Source: Polyangiaceae bacterium
Lineage (GTDB): Bacteria; Myxococcota_A; Polyangia; Polyangiales; Polyangiaceae
Assembly (NCBI GenBank): GCA_965222375.1
Contig: CBDCTZ010000016.1
Span: 672,001 to 736,000 of the forward strand
Direction of reading: 5' to 3'
Length of the DNA stretch: 64,000 nucleotides
Each line of letters opens with the position of its first letter. Within the stretch, counting starts at the first letter, position 1. Of this stretch, positions 38,214 through 46,816 are shown piece after piece. The notes beneath the pieces are model-generated. The model made no database searches and was not told the origin of the DNA. It worked only from the letters and a program-made list of their open reading frames with translations. The translations under genes were made by a program, and so were the position numbers.

Positions 38214-39686
38214 CTCATGATTGATCAGATCTCAACAGGGCTTGTGCGAACTGGAAGCCGATCTCGTAGTCGAGGAGTTTGAAGTATCCGCGACCGAGAG
38301 TCTGCCAACCCGGCAGTCCGTTGTTTCTGAGGTGGCCACCCACCCGGGCGACTGCGTAGAGCGCTTCTTGCACTGTCTGTGGGAGTGAGGGCAGCTTCAG
38401 TTTCAGTTGCAGTAGCTGCAGCTGTATCGGGGTCAGGACTGCTCGCGCCGGGAGTTCTGGCGCTTCGCGCACGAGCGAGCGCATCAGAAGCAAGCGCCAA
38501 GCGACGGGAAGGAACACCGCCAGGGCGTTGCTCAGCGCGTGGTAGGACTCGAGTTGCCGTTTCTCGAGGGAGCAACCCTGCTTGAGGGTCTTGAAGAATT
38601 CCTCGATGACCCATCGGCTGCGATAGGTGTCGACCACTCGTTCGATGTCCTCGTCGGTGTCGATCGCTTCCGTGGTCAGAAGCACCCACTCGACGGGGGG
38701 CTCGTTCTCTGCTGGGCTCGGCTCCCAGACGCGCACCACGTTCAGCTCGATGGCGGCAGGACCCGTGCGGCATCCCTGAGGCCGTAGGACAGTGACCGTT
38801 CTTGCCGCCATCGCGACTTCTACCTCTCGAGCATTGCGTGGAGGATGCGTCTTGGCGGAGCGAGTCATGCAGGTTTCCGGCCGCTTTGAGATGAAGATCT
38901 TCCGAAAAACACGGGGCTCGAGCTGTTCCACCGCGGCTCGCAGACGGACGATGTCGTCGTCGTCATCCGTGGCTCGGTCCTGTGAGGACCGGATCACGAA
39001 TCGAGCACCGAGTTCTTGCGCCTTCGCAATCACTTCGTAGATGTCCGCTTCACGGTCCATCACGTGCACGACCTCGGCGCCTGCACAGCGGACATGGACT
39101 GTCTCGAGCATCGCGGGCCAGCGCAAAGACTCCCTCTCCGAGTCCTCGCGCTTGTCCCGTGAGTGACGTCCCCGCCCGCCCTTGTGCTCGGTTCTGGCCC
39201 AGTGGCGCAGGTCGAGCACGCCAAGGGGAACACGCGATTCGCCGGGCAGTACCGCCAGGGCAGTGTGAGCGAAGAACCCCTGCGCCTTGCTCGATGTCGG
39301 CCCCAACCCGGCCCGTTTGCTCTTGCCTCCTACGGTCACCTCAGTGGTGTCATGCACTACCAGGCACGGACCCGCCGCCTTTACCCGCTCCACCGTCGCA
39401 CGAATGTGCGGCGCCAACACCTGCTTGGGCTTCACCTGCTCGTTGCGCAGGAATCGATACACACCCTCCAACTCAGATGCTGTGCTGGTGGCTCTCGGAA
39501 ACCCGGCGTCCGGTGCCGCCATCACGGTTTCCGCCAACCACAAAAGCCGCTTCGAACGACGCCGATCCCCCAGCTTTGCCCCGCAAAACTCCACAGATAT
39601 CGGCTGCCTCATCCACTCGGTTGTTCCCATTCCCACGGTAGATCACACCTGCCAGATCTTGGCAACGAGATGTGTATGATCATGAG
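38214..39686 (-). mobile_element. IS4-family insertion sequence, copy 2 (inverted), with 9-bp target-site duplication
   Basis: Same length and identical protein as copy 1; TSD CCGGGGTGG at 38205-38213 and 39687-39695. Confidence 0.96.
38215..39636 (-). CDS. IS4-family DDE transposase (identical to copy 1)
   Basis: 473-aa translation identical to 34518-35939. Confidence 0.96.
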   Translation of the reverse strand: MGMGTTEWMRQPISVEFCGAKLGDRRRSKRLLWLAETVMAAPDAGFPRATSTASELEGVYRFLRNEQVKPKQVLAPHIRATVERVKAAGPCLVVHDTTEVTVGGKSKRAGLGPTSSKAQGFFAHTALAVLPGESRVPLGVLDLRHWARTEHKGGRGRHSRDKREDSERESLRWPAMLETVHVRCAGAEVVHVMDREADIYEVIAKAQELGARFVIRSSQDRATDDDDDIVRLRAAVEQLEPRVFRKIFISKRPETCMTRSAKTHPPRNAREVEVAMAARTVTVLRPQGCRTGPAAIELNVVRVWEPSPAENEPPVEWVLLTTEAIDTDEDIERVVDTYRSRWVIEEFFKTLKQGCSLEKRQLESYHALSNALAVFLPVAWRLLLMRSLVREAPELPARAVLTPIQLQLLQLKLKLPSLPQTVQEALYAVARVGGHLRNNGLPGWQTLGRGYFKLLDYEIGFQFAQALLRSDQS

Positions 39687-40026
39687 CCGGGGTGGGCCTC
39701 CGTACAAAAATCGAGCAACTGCATCTGCAATGGGCCGAACAAGTTGCCCTCCCACCCTGGGACTTTTGTGTGTGCAGTTTGTTGCAGGCACGCGTCCCTG
39801 TATCAGCCTCTCGTGATGTGGCGGGGCGGGGGGTTGCGGAGACGGGGCCTGTGTACGGCGAACACTTTTTTCCAGGCGTCGAAGCGTGCTCCTTGGGGGA
39901 GTGACGACCTGCGAGTCATTCCCGCGAGTGGTGTCCCGCGGCGAGCCGCGATGAACTGTCGATGACGCCGATGTCCGGCACATTCCCAAACCAACCAAAA
40001 CACACAGGCCGGATCGGCTAGCAACG

Positions 40027-41781
40027 TTAGAACTGAAAGTACACGAAGGGTACGGCTTCGGCGCTGGCCATGGTGCGGATGATCCAGGCGACGCAGAAGA
40101 GGGCGGCGGCCTGGGCGGGGGCGGGCATTTGGATGAACGAGGCTTGGGCCTTTTGGAACCAGCGCTCGGGGACGTAGTGGGAGACGAGGCCGACGGCGAG
40201 GGCGGTGACGACGGGCAGCGAGAGGTTAGGATGGTAGGTCGATAGCGAGCCGAGCTGGGAGAAGATGACCCAGGCGCCGCGGAAGGTTTCGGCGCGGAAG
40301 AAGATCCATGCGGCGCAGACGATGTGGAAGGTGAGCAACACCGACAGTACGTGCAGGATGGGGTTTGGCGGGTCCCGGCGTCGGCCGCGCTTTTCTTGGT
40401 AGAAACGAGTGACGCCCAGAGCCGCGCCGTGGATCCCGCCCCAGACGACGAAGGTCCAGGATGCGCCGTGCCAGAGGCCGCCGAGCAGCATGGTGAGCAT
40501 CAAGTTGATGTAGGTGCGAACCTCGCCTTTTCGGTTGCCACCGAGAGGGATGTACAGATAGTCGCGCAGCCAGGTCGACAGGGAGATGTGCCAGCGCCGC
40601 CAGAAGTCTTGGATGTCGGGTGCCTTGTAGGGCGAGTTGAAGTTCAGGGGGAAGCGCACGCCCAGTAGTAGGGCTGAGCCGATGGCGATGTCCGTGTAGC
40701 CGGAGAAGTCGCAGTAGATCTGCACGGCATAGCCGAGCACGGCGCAGTAGTTCTCGAGCGCGGAGTACTGGATGGGCGCGTCGAATACGCGATCCACGAG
40801 GTTGACGGCCAGGTAGTCGCCGATGGCGACCTTCTTGATCAAGCCCATGGCGATCAAGAACAGGCCTTCGCTGCCCTCTTTGGCGTTCCAGCGCGCGGGA
40901 CCTGCCAGCTGAGGCAAGAGGTCCCGGGGGCGGACGATGGGGCCAGCGACCAAGTGAGGAAAGAAGGCGACGAAAGAGAGGTACTCGAAGTAGCTTTTCT
41001 GAGGCTTGATGTCGCCGCGGTAGATGTCGATGACGTAGCTCATCGACTCGAAGGTGAAGAAGCTGATGCCGACGGGTAGCGCGACGTCGAGGGTTCTGCG
41101 TGGCACTTCGACGCCCATGGCTCCGAGGGCAGCGACGGCGCTGTCGACGCCGAAGTTGTAGTACTTGAAGACCGCGAGGATACCGAGGTTCACGATCACG
41201 GTGCCAATCAGCCAGGTCTTGCGCGAACGTGGCGTCTTCGCGTTGTGAATGGCGTTGCCTAGCAGCCAGTCGATCGTGGATGACCCGAAGATGAGCGGCA
41301 GGAAGCGGTAGTCCCAGTGGGCGTAGAAGACGTAGCTGGCGAATAGAATGAAGAGCAGCCGCACCTTCTTCGCGCGGACCAGAAGCAGGGTGAGCCCAAT
41401 CGCGAGCGCCGCTCCTGCTACATGCACCGGCGTGATGTTCGGTAGCGGTGCGCCCAAGGCGCGTAGCGCCGCCGACAACGGGTCCGAACCAAGTGAGCGC
41501 CATGTGAGGAAACCGAGCGCCAGATAGTTGATGACGACGCTGACGATCGCCACGCGCCAAGGCGGCGTTTCCTGGGCTTGGAGCTTGCGGCACAGCGCGA
41601 AAGACAGCGCGAAGGCCGATGCTGCGAGGCACACGCTGGAGACGGAGGGGGCGCCCAACACCGCGAAGCTCACGACGCCAAATGCGGGCAGTAGCGGTGC
41701 CCAGCGTCGGTTGACGAGGGTCCAGGCGACCACGAAGACGATCGCAAAGAACTGCGCGTACGCCAGGGTGTTGAAGAGCAC
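40027..41781 (-). CDS. MBOAT family O-acyltransferase (AlgI/DltB-like)
   Basis: LPVGISFFTF, FFPHLVAGPIVR, QIYCDFSGYTD, FWRRWHISLSTWLRDYLYIPLGG, GLWHGA, FVYFQF. Confidence 0.95.
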   Translation of the reverse strand: MLFNTLAYAQFFAIVFVVAWTLVNRRWAPLLPAFGVVSFAVLGAPSVSSVCLAASAFALSFALCRKLQAQETPPWRVAIVSVVINYLALGFLTWRSLGSDPLSAALRALGAPLPNITPVHVAGAALAIGLTLLLVRAKKVRLLFILFASYVFYAHWDYRFLPLIFGSSTIDWLLGNAIHNAKTPRSRKTWLIGTVIVNLGILAVFKYYNFGVDSAVAALGAMGVEVPRRTLDVALPVGISFFTFESMSYVIDIYRGDIKPQKSYFEYLSFVAFFPHLVAGPIVRPRDLLPQLAGPARWNAKEGSEGLFLIAMGLIKKVAIGDYLAVNLVDRVFDAPIQYSALENYCAVLGYAVQIYCDFSGYTDIAIGSALLLGVRFPLNFNSPYKAPDIQDFWRRWHISLSTWLRDYLYIPLGGNRKGEVRTYINLMLTMLLGGLWHGASWTFVVWGGIHGAALGVTRFYQEKRGRRRDPPNPILHVLSVLLTFHIVCAAWIFFRAETFRGAWVIFSQLGSLSTYHPNLSLPVVTALAVGLVSHYVPERWFQKAQASFIQMPAPAQAAALFCVAWIIRTMASAEAVPFVYFQF

Positions 41782-41787
41782 GGCGGA

Positions 41788-43113
41788 TCAGCTTCGCTCG
41801 ACGCCGTATTTGGACATCAAGCGGTGAAAGAACTGTCGAGAGACGCCCGCGGCCTGGGCCGCTTGGGTGACGTTTCCGGCGCTGTCGGCGAGCTTCCGTT
41901 CGAGGTACTGAAGCTCGAAACGCTCGACGAGTTCCGCGCGCGCCTGCCCCAACGGCAAGGCGTACAGCGCAGAGCTGTCGTCACCGCCGGCGTGTCCGGT
42001 CTGCGCGATGGCCGCTTCCGGAGCCTCGGGATAGAGCACTAGGCGCGCCACGGTGTTGCGCAACTCGCGCACGTTGCCGGGCCAGTCGTGCGCCCGGAGC
42101 AGCGCCAATGTGTTGGGCGGCAGGTCCTGCAGGGTCAGCGGCGGGTTGCGCTCGCGCAGAAAGCGCTCGGTCAGCATGGGGATATCGTCCTTGCGTTCTC
42201 TGAGCGGTGGGACGGACGCTTCGACCACGGCAAGCCGGTAGTACAAGTCCTGTCGGAACTCGCCGCTCTGTACCCGCCCTAGGATGTCGCGATGGGTTGC
42301 GGCGATCACGCGAACGTCCACGCTGCGGGGGGCGTTTTCTCCGAGACGGCGTACCTCTCCGGATTCGAGGGCCCGCAGTAGCTTGGGTTGGAGCTCCGGG
42401 GGCAGCTCGCCAATCTCGTCGATGAACAGCGTGCCGCAGTGGGCTTGTTCGAATACGCCTTCTCGCGCCTGCACAGCCCCGGTGAACGCCCCGTGGGCAT
42501 GGCCGAAGATTTCCGCTTCCACGAGAGTGGGCGCCAGCGCGCTGCAGTCCAGGACGACGAAGGGTGCCTGCCGCCGCGGGCTGTGTTCGTGCAGCGCCCG
42601 CGCGAGGAGCTCCTTGCCGGTGCCCGATTCTCCGAGGAGTAGGACGGTCTCGGGGCTTTCCGCGGCGCGGGCCAGGCGCGCAAAGAGGGATCGCATCGCG
42701 ACGGAGCCACCGAGCGCTCCGCCGAACTGGGTGTCTGGAGTCAGGGCCAGGCTTTCGCCGCCACCGTGCACGACGAGATCGAGGCGGCAACGTCCGATGC
42801 TCAACACATGGCCTGGCTCGAGCAGGGCGCGCTCGACCCGCACGCCGTTCACGAAGGTGCCATTCTTGCTCCCGAGATCCGTCAGGACCACGCCGCTCTG
42901 GCCCATTGCGATGGAGCAATGACGGCGCGAGACTTCGCTGTCCACCAGCACGACATCCGAGTCGTCGCCGGCACCAATGATCAACGACTCGATCCCGAGC
43001 CGGTACTCCTGCGCGCTACCGTCGGGCTGCGTCACGATGAGTCCCACTGACGGAACATCCACGCGATCCCGATATAGGGTCGTGAGCGTGGGCGAACCGG
43101 TGTTTTCGGGCAT
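41788..43113 (-). CDS. FHA-domain sigma54-dependent activator
   Basis: VSRRH..DLGSKNGT; GESGTGKE, GAFTGA, DEIGE, WPGNVREL; Fis HTH. Confidence 0.95.
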   Translation of the reverse strand: MPENTGSPTLTTLYRDRVDVPSVGLIVTQPDGSAQEYRLGIESLIIGAGDDSDVVLVDSEVSRRHCSIAMGQSGVVLTDLGSKNGTFVNGVRVERALLEPGHVLSIGRCRLDLVVHGGGESLALTPDTQFGGALGGSVAMRSLFARLARAAESPETVLLLGESGTGKELLARALHEHSPRRQAPFVVLDCSALAPTLVEAEIFGHAHGAFTGAVQAREGVFEQAHCGTLFIDEIGELPPELQPKLLRALESGEVRRLGENAPRSVDVRVIAATHRDILGRVQSGEFRQDLYYRLAVVEASVPPLRERKDDIPMLTERFLRERNPPLTLQDLPPNTLALLRAHDWPGNVRELRNTVARLVLYPEAPEAAIAQTGHAGGDDSSALYALPLGQARAELVERFELQYLERKLADSAGNVTQAAQAAGVSRQFFHRLMSKYGVERS

Positions 43114-43206
43114 GACCGCCGCCTTTTTTCGCTACACCCCGCGGCCTGTCAAGCCGAAGGGTATGGGCCACCGCGCCGTTTTTTCCTTTTCGGCTAAGAT
43201 GTTGGC

Positions 43207-44052
43207 GTGTGGCGCGCCCTTCTCTTTCTGCCGCTCCTGTCTGCTTGCTCGCTAGAGGAGCTGACCGAGGGCAGCCCCGATGCCGGCGCCAGCGGCGGTA
43301 GTGCTGGCGCCGGCGGCCAAGATGCGGCGGTGGACGTAGCCACCGGGGGCGTTTCAGGAACCGCGGGGACGGATGCAGGCGTGGATGCAGGCAGTGAGTG
43401 CGGTGGCCGCGGCGACGGATACTGCGCCACTCTGAGCAACGTGGAGCTGTGCGCTGACTTCGATCAAGGCAAGACCTTGCCGGATCCTTTTTCAAGCCTC
43501 CAGGGCGGCGGCGATGTCAGCGTGCAGGCCGCATCTGGCTGCAATGGCAGCGGTGCGGCTTTCATGTCGCTTCCCAGTTCGCCACCTGGGTGCAGCTACG
43601 CCAATCTGGTTCAGGACTCGACCGGTACTTTCAAGCGGATGAGCCTTTCCGCGGATGTTCTACTGGGAGACCCTGGAACAGGTGCCAACTACTCGGGCAA
43701 TCGAGTGCTGAGCCTTCAGACCCAGGCGGCGAATGGTACCGAGTGTAGGCACTTCCTATTTGTTGAGCCGAGTCAGACTCGACTGCACACGCAGCGACAT
43801 CAGGTGTTCGACGACTTCGTCGACGTGCTGCCGGGCGTGCCTCTCGGTAAGTGGACCAGGGTTGAATTGGTGGTTGAGGAGTCTGGGTCCAAGGCGCTCG
43901 TTTCGGTACTGGTGGATGGAGTGCAAGCATTGGCGCCCACTTTGATCGACAAGTGCGGTGCGGGAACCGATCTGAATGCGAGGGTGGGGATCTTCTGCGA
44001 ATCTGACGGCATGAGCATGCTGGCGGACAACGTCGTCCTCGATACGGAATGA
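43207..44052 (+). CDS. Lipoprotein, Gly linker + beta-sandwich-like domain
   Basis: LSAC lipobox; LCADFD; overlaps kinase start. Confidence 0.8.
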   Translation: MWRALLFLPLLSACSLEELTEGSPDAGASGGSAGAGGQDAAVDVATGGVSGTAGTDAGVDAGSECGGRGDGYCATLSNVELCADFDQGKTLPDPFSSLQGGGDVSVQAASGCNGSGAAFMSLPSSPPGCSYANLVQDSTGTFKRMSLSADVLLGDPGTGANYSGNRVLSLQTQAANGTECRHFLFVEPSQTRLHTQRHQVFDDFVDVLPGVPLGKWTRVELVVEESGSKALVSVLVDGVQALAPTLIDKCGAGTDLNARVGIFCESDGMSMLADNVVLDTE

Positions 44053-45581
44053 CCGGGCCCGAGAGCGTCGGGACCAAGTTGGGTCGCTACCTGCTGTTCG
44101 ACGAACTGGCGTCGGGAGGCATGGCGGTGATTCATCTTGGAGTGCTCTCGGGTGCCGTGGGGTTCGCGCGCACGGTGGCTATCAAGCGACTGCATCCCCA
44201 CTTCGCGCGCCACCCGGGGTTCGTCGCGATGTTTGTGGATGAAGCTAAATTGGCGTCGCGGATTCGACATCCGAACGTCGTCGCGCCATCGGATGTGGTG
44301 GCTTCGGATGGCGAGCTGTTCTTGGTCATGGACTACGTCTTGGGAGAATCCCTGGGCGGGCTGCTCCAGGCTGCGCGCAACGGTGGAACTCGCGTGCCGC
44401 CCTCAGTGGCCGTACGCATCGCTGCGGACGTGCTGTTCGGACTGCATGCGGCTCACGAAGCCACGGACGAGCATGACGCGCCGCTGCACATCATTCATCG
44501 CGACGTGTCTCCTGAAAACATCTTGGTCGGCGCGGATGGTGTGGCGCGGGTGCTCGACTTTGGAATCGCCAAGGCGACGGTGCGGCTGCAGAGCACGCGC
44601 GAGGGACAGCTCAAGGGCAAGCTCCGCTACATGCCGCCGGAGCAGCTGCAGGATCGCGAGCTGTCTCCCAGGGGGGACGTGTATTCGGCGTCGGTCGTGT
44701 TGTGGGAGACCCTCACCGGGCGTCGCTTGCACACCGCCAGGAGCGAAGCGGGCATCGTGAACAAGATCTTGAGCGAGAGTGTGCCCGCGCCGAGTCGACT
44801 GCTATCCGACGTGCCGGAGCACCTCGACGCGGTCGTGCTTCGCGGCTTGTCCAAGGAACCGAGCGAGCGCTTTGCGTCGGCGCGCGAGATGGCGATTGCC
44901 TTGGAGCGTGCCTTGGCGCCGGCGCCGGCTCGCGAGGTGGCGGATTGGGTGCACCGTCTGATGGGCGCGGAGCTCGAGCGCCGCGCGGAGCGAGTCCGGG
45001 TCATCGAGCGCAGTTCCACCGGGAGCGTGCCGGGTCTGGCCGCCGCGCGACCCGCTTCTGAGCCCCCGGCACCCAGCGAGCCCTTGCCGGCACCGGTTTC
45101 CGTCCGACCTGGGCCCCTTCCGCTGCGAGGGCGCACGGCCGAGACCCGCACTCAGACCTTGGCCGCAGAGGTGGCCCAGTTGGCTAAACGTGGGGAGCCG
45201 GTGCCGACACCAGTGCCACCGCTCCAGCCCACGCAGCACCGCAAGGCCGTTATCGGCTTCACGGCCGCCGTGGTGGTGGTCGTGCTGCTGCTTCTGCTGA
45301 TCCGACTGCAATTGAGTGGCGCAGACGACGTCAGTGTCGAAGCTGTGGCCGGCAAAGCAGCAAGCGCCGAGCCGTTGACGACGGCTGTCCTCGTTCCCAC
45401 GCCGCAGCCCACTCTCGCCGATCCTCCGGCGCCAAGCGCAGCACCGAGTGCAGTCGCGCCCAAACCGAAGGCGCAGCCCGCACGTCGAACGAAACCCGTG
45501 CGCAAGAAGCCAACCAATTGCAATCCGCCGTGGGTCGAGGACGAGCGCGGGTTCCGCACGGTCAAACGCGAGTGCTTGTGA
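44049..45581 (+). CDS. Membrane-anchored Ser/Thr protein kinase
   Basis: GGMA, VAIK, HRDVSPEN, DFG, GKLRYMPPE; TM; C-terminal CNPPW...KRECL. Confidence 0.95.
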   Translation: MTGPESVGTKLGRYLLFDELASGGMAVIHLGVLSGAVGFARTVAIKRLHPHFARHPGFVAMFVDEAKLASRIRHPNVVAPSDVVASDGELFLVMDYVLGESLGGLLQAARNGGTRVPPSVAVRIAADVLFGLHAAHEATDEHDAPLHIIHRDVSPENILVGADGVARVLDFGIAKATVRLQSTREGQLKGKLRYMPPEQLQDRELSPRGDVYSASVVLWETLTGRRLHTARSEAGIVNKILSESVPAPSRLLSDVPEHLDAVVLRGLSKEPSERFASAREMAIALERALAPAPAREVADWVHRLMGAELERRAERVRVIERSSTGSVPGLAAARPASEPPAPSEPLPAPVSVRPGPLPLRGRTAETRTQTLAAEVAQLAKRGEPVPTPVPPLQPTQHRKAVIGFTAAVVVVVLLLLLIRLQLSGADDVSVEAVAGKAASAEPLTTAVLVPTPQPTLADPPAPSAAPSAVAPKPKAQPARRTKPVRKKPTNCNPPWVEDERGFRTVKRECL

Positions 45582-45599
45582 CGCTAGGTTTCGCCTGGC

Positions 45600-46445
45600 A
45601 TGCTGCGCGCGATGATGCGTGCTGCCCCCGCCCTGCTTGCAGCGTGTGCGGTGCTGGCGCTCGCGCCTCACGCGGCCGCTAGCGACAAGGGGTTGTGCGC
45701 GGATGCCTACGAAGAGGCACAGCGTCAGCGATCTGCGGGCAAGTTGCTGCTCTCCCGGGCGCAGCTGCTCACCTGCCAGAGCATTTGCCCTGAAGCGCTG
45801 GTGGCCGACTGCAACCGTTGGCGTGCCGAAGTCAGCGCGCTGATCCCGAGACTTCGCGTCAGCGCCGTCGACGCGACAGGACGCGCAACGACCGCCGTTC
45901 GAGTCAGCGAGCAGGGGCGCTTGCTCGCAAGTCGGATCGATGAGCCCATCGAGCTCGATCCCGGCGACCACGAGCTGACCTTCGAACTAGCCGGTGAAAA
46001 AACCGTGCATCGCAGCGTGTCGGTGCCACCTGGGCGCAACGTGCATTCCGTCGCGATCTCCTTTGTTTCGGAAGAGTCGCCCGCGGCGCCACCGCAGCAA
46101 GACCGTCCTGCGAGACCCGAACCGAAATCCGAGCCTGGCGTACCGGGTCCTGCCATTGTCCTGGGCGCCGTGGGGCTCGCGGGCCTCGCTGCGGGCGGGA
46201 TTCTCGGCGTGCTCGGACATACCAAACGCGCGGATCTCGTGGATACGTGCAAACCCGATTGCCGCGAAGACGAAGTGGACGAGATCCGCACCCTGTGGGT
46301 CGTGGGTGGCGTATCCGCCGCGGTAGGCGCAGCGGCACTGGGTGGCGCCCTCGTGATTTGGCAGAGCGGCGGCGCGGGTGAGGTTTCGGTTCGAGCGCAG
46401 CCTGGTGCTCGCGCGCAGATGCTGAATCTGAGCGGCCGCTTTTGA
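45600..46445 (+). CDS. PEGA/TPR-like secreted partner protein
   Basis: CADAYEEAQ...C; LDPGDHEL; ends LSGRF. Confidence 0.85.
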   Translation: MLRAMMRAAPALLAACAVLALAPHAAASDKGLCADAYEEAQRQRSAGKLLLSRAQLLTCQSICPEALVADCNRWRAEVSALIPRLRVSAVDATGRATTAVRVSEQGRLLASRIDEPIELDPGDHELTFELAGEKTVHRSVSVPPGRNVHSVAISFVSEESPAAPPQQDRPARPEPKSEPGVPGPAIVLGAVGLAGLAAGGILGVLGHTKRADLVDTCKPDCREDEVDEIRTLWVVGGVSAAVGAAALGGALVIWQSGGAGEVSVRAQPGARAQMLNLSGRF

Positions 46446-46476
46446 CGCCCCGGACGACCCTTTCCGCAACTCGAAA

Positions 46477-46693
46477 TCAGAGTTGCGCCTGCAACACTGA
46501 AACGGAGGAGCCGGGCGAATTTCAGAGTTGCGCCTGCAACACTGAAAGCGCGAGGGTGGGAGGGCCCGAAATCAGAGTTGCGGCTGCAACACTGAAACGG
46601 AGGAGGAGCCGGGCGAATCCAGAGTTGCCGACGCAACACTGCAGCGGGGAGGCCAGAGGGTCCCAAATTCCAGAGTTGCGCGCGCAACACTGG
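46477..46693. repeat. Array of five 24-bp palindromic units CAGAGTTGC-N4-GCAACACTG
   Basis: Copies at 46477, 46522, 46572, 46619, 46670; linkers alternate A/B/A'/B'. Confidence 0.92.
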
Positions 46694-46816
46694 AACCTGT
46701 CCACCGCGAGGCGACACAGTGTCCACTGCTGGTTGACGCATCAGTGTGGTCCCGCGTGATATCCGTCAAATCCCGCGACGAAACAGGATGGACCAGACGT
46801 TGCACACACTGTGCGC

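Noticed and set aside
34468..39686. Composite transposon that delivered the HNH gene
   Set aside because: Outer flanks (CCAGGGCGG vs CCGGGGTGG) differ and copy 2 has its own TSD, so it inserted independently.
46477..46693. CRISPR array
   Set aside because: Linkers are short (21-27 bp) and repeat each other (A/B/A'/B'); no cas genes or leader.
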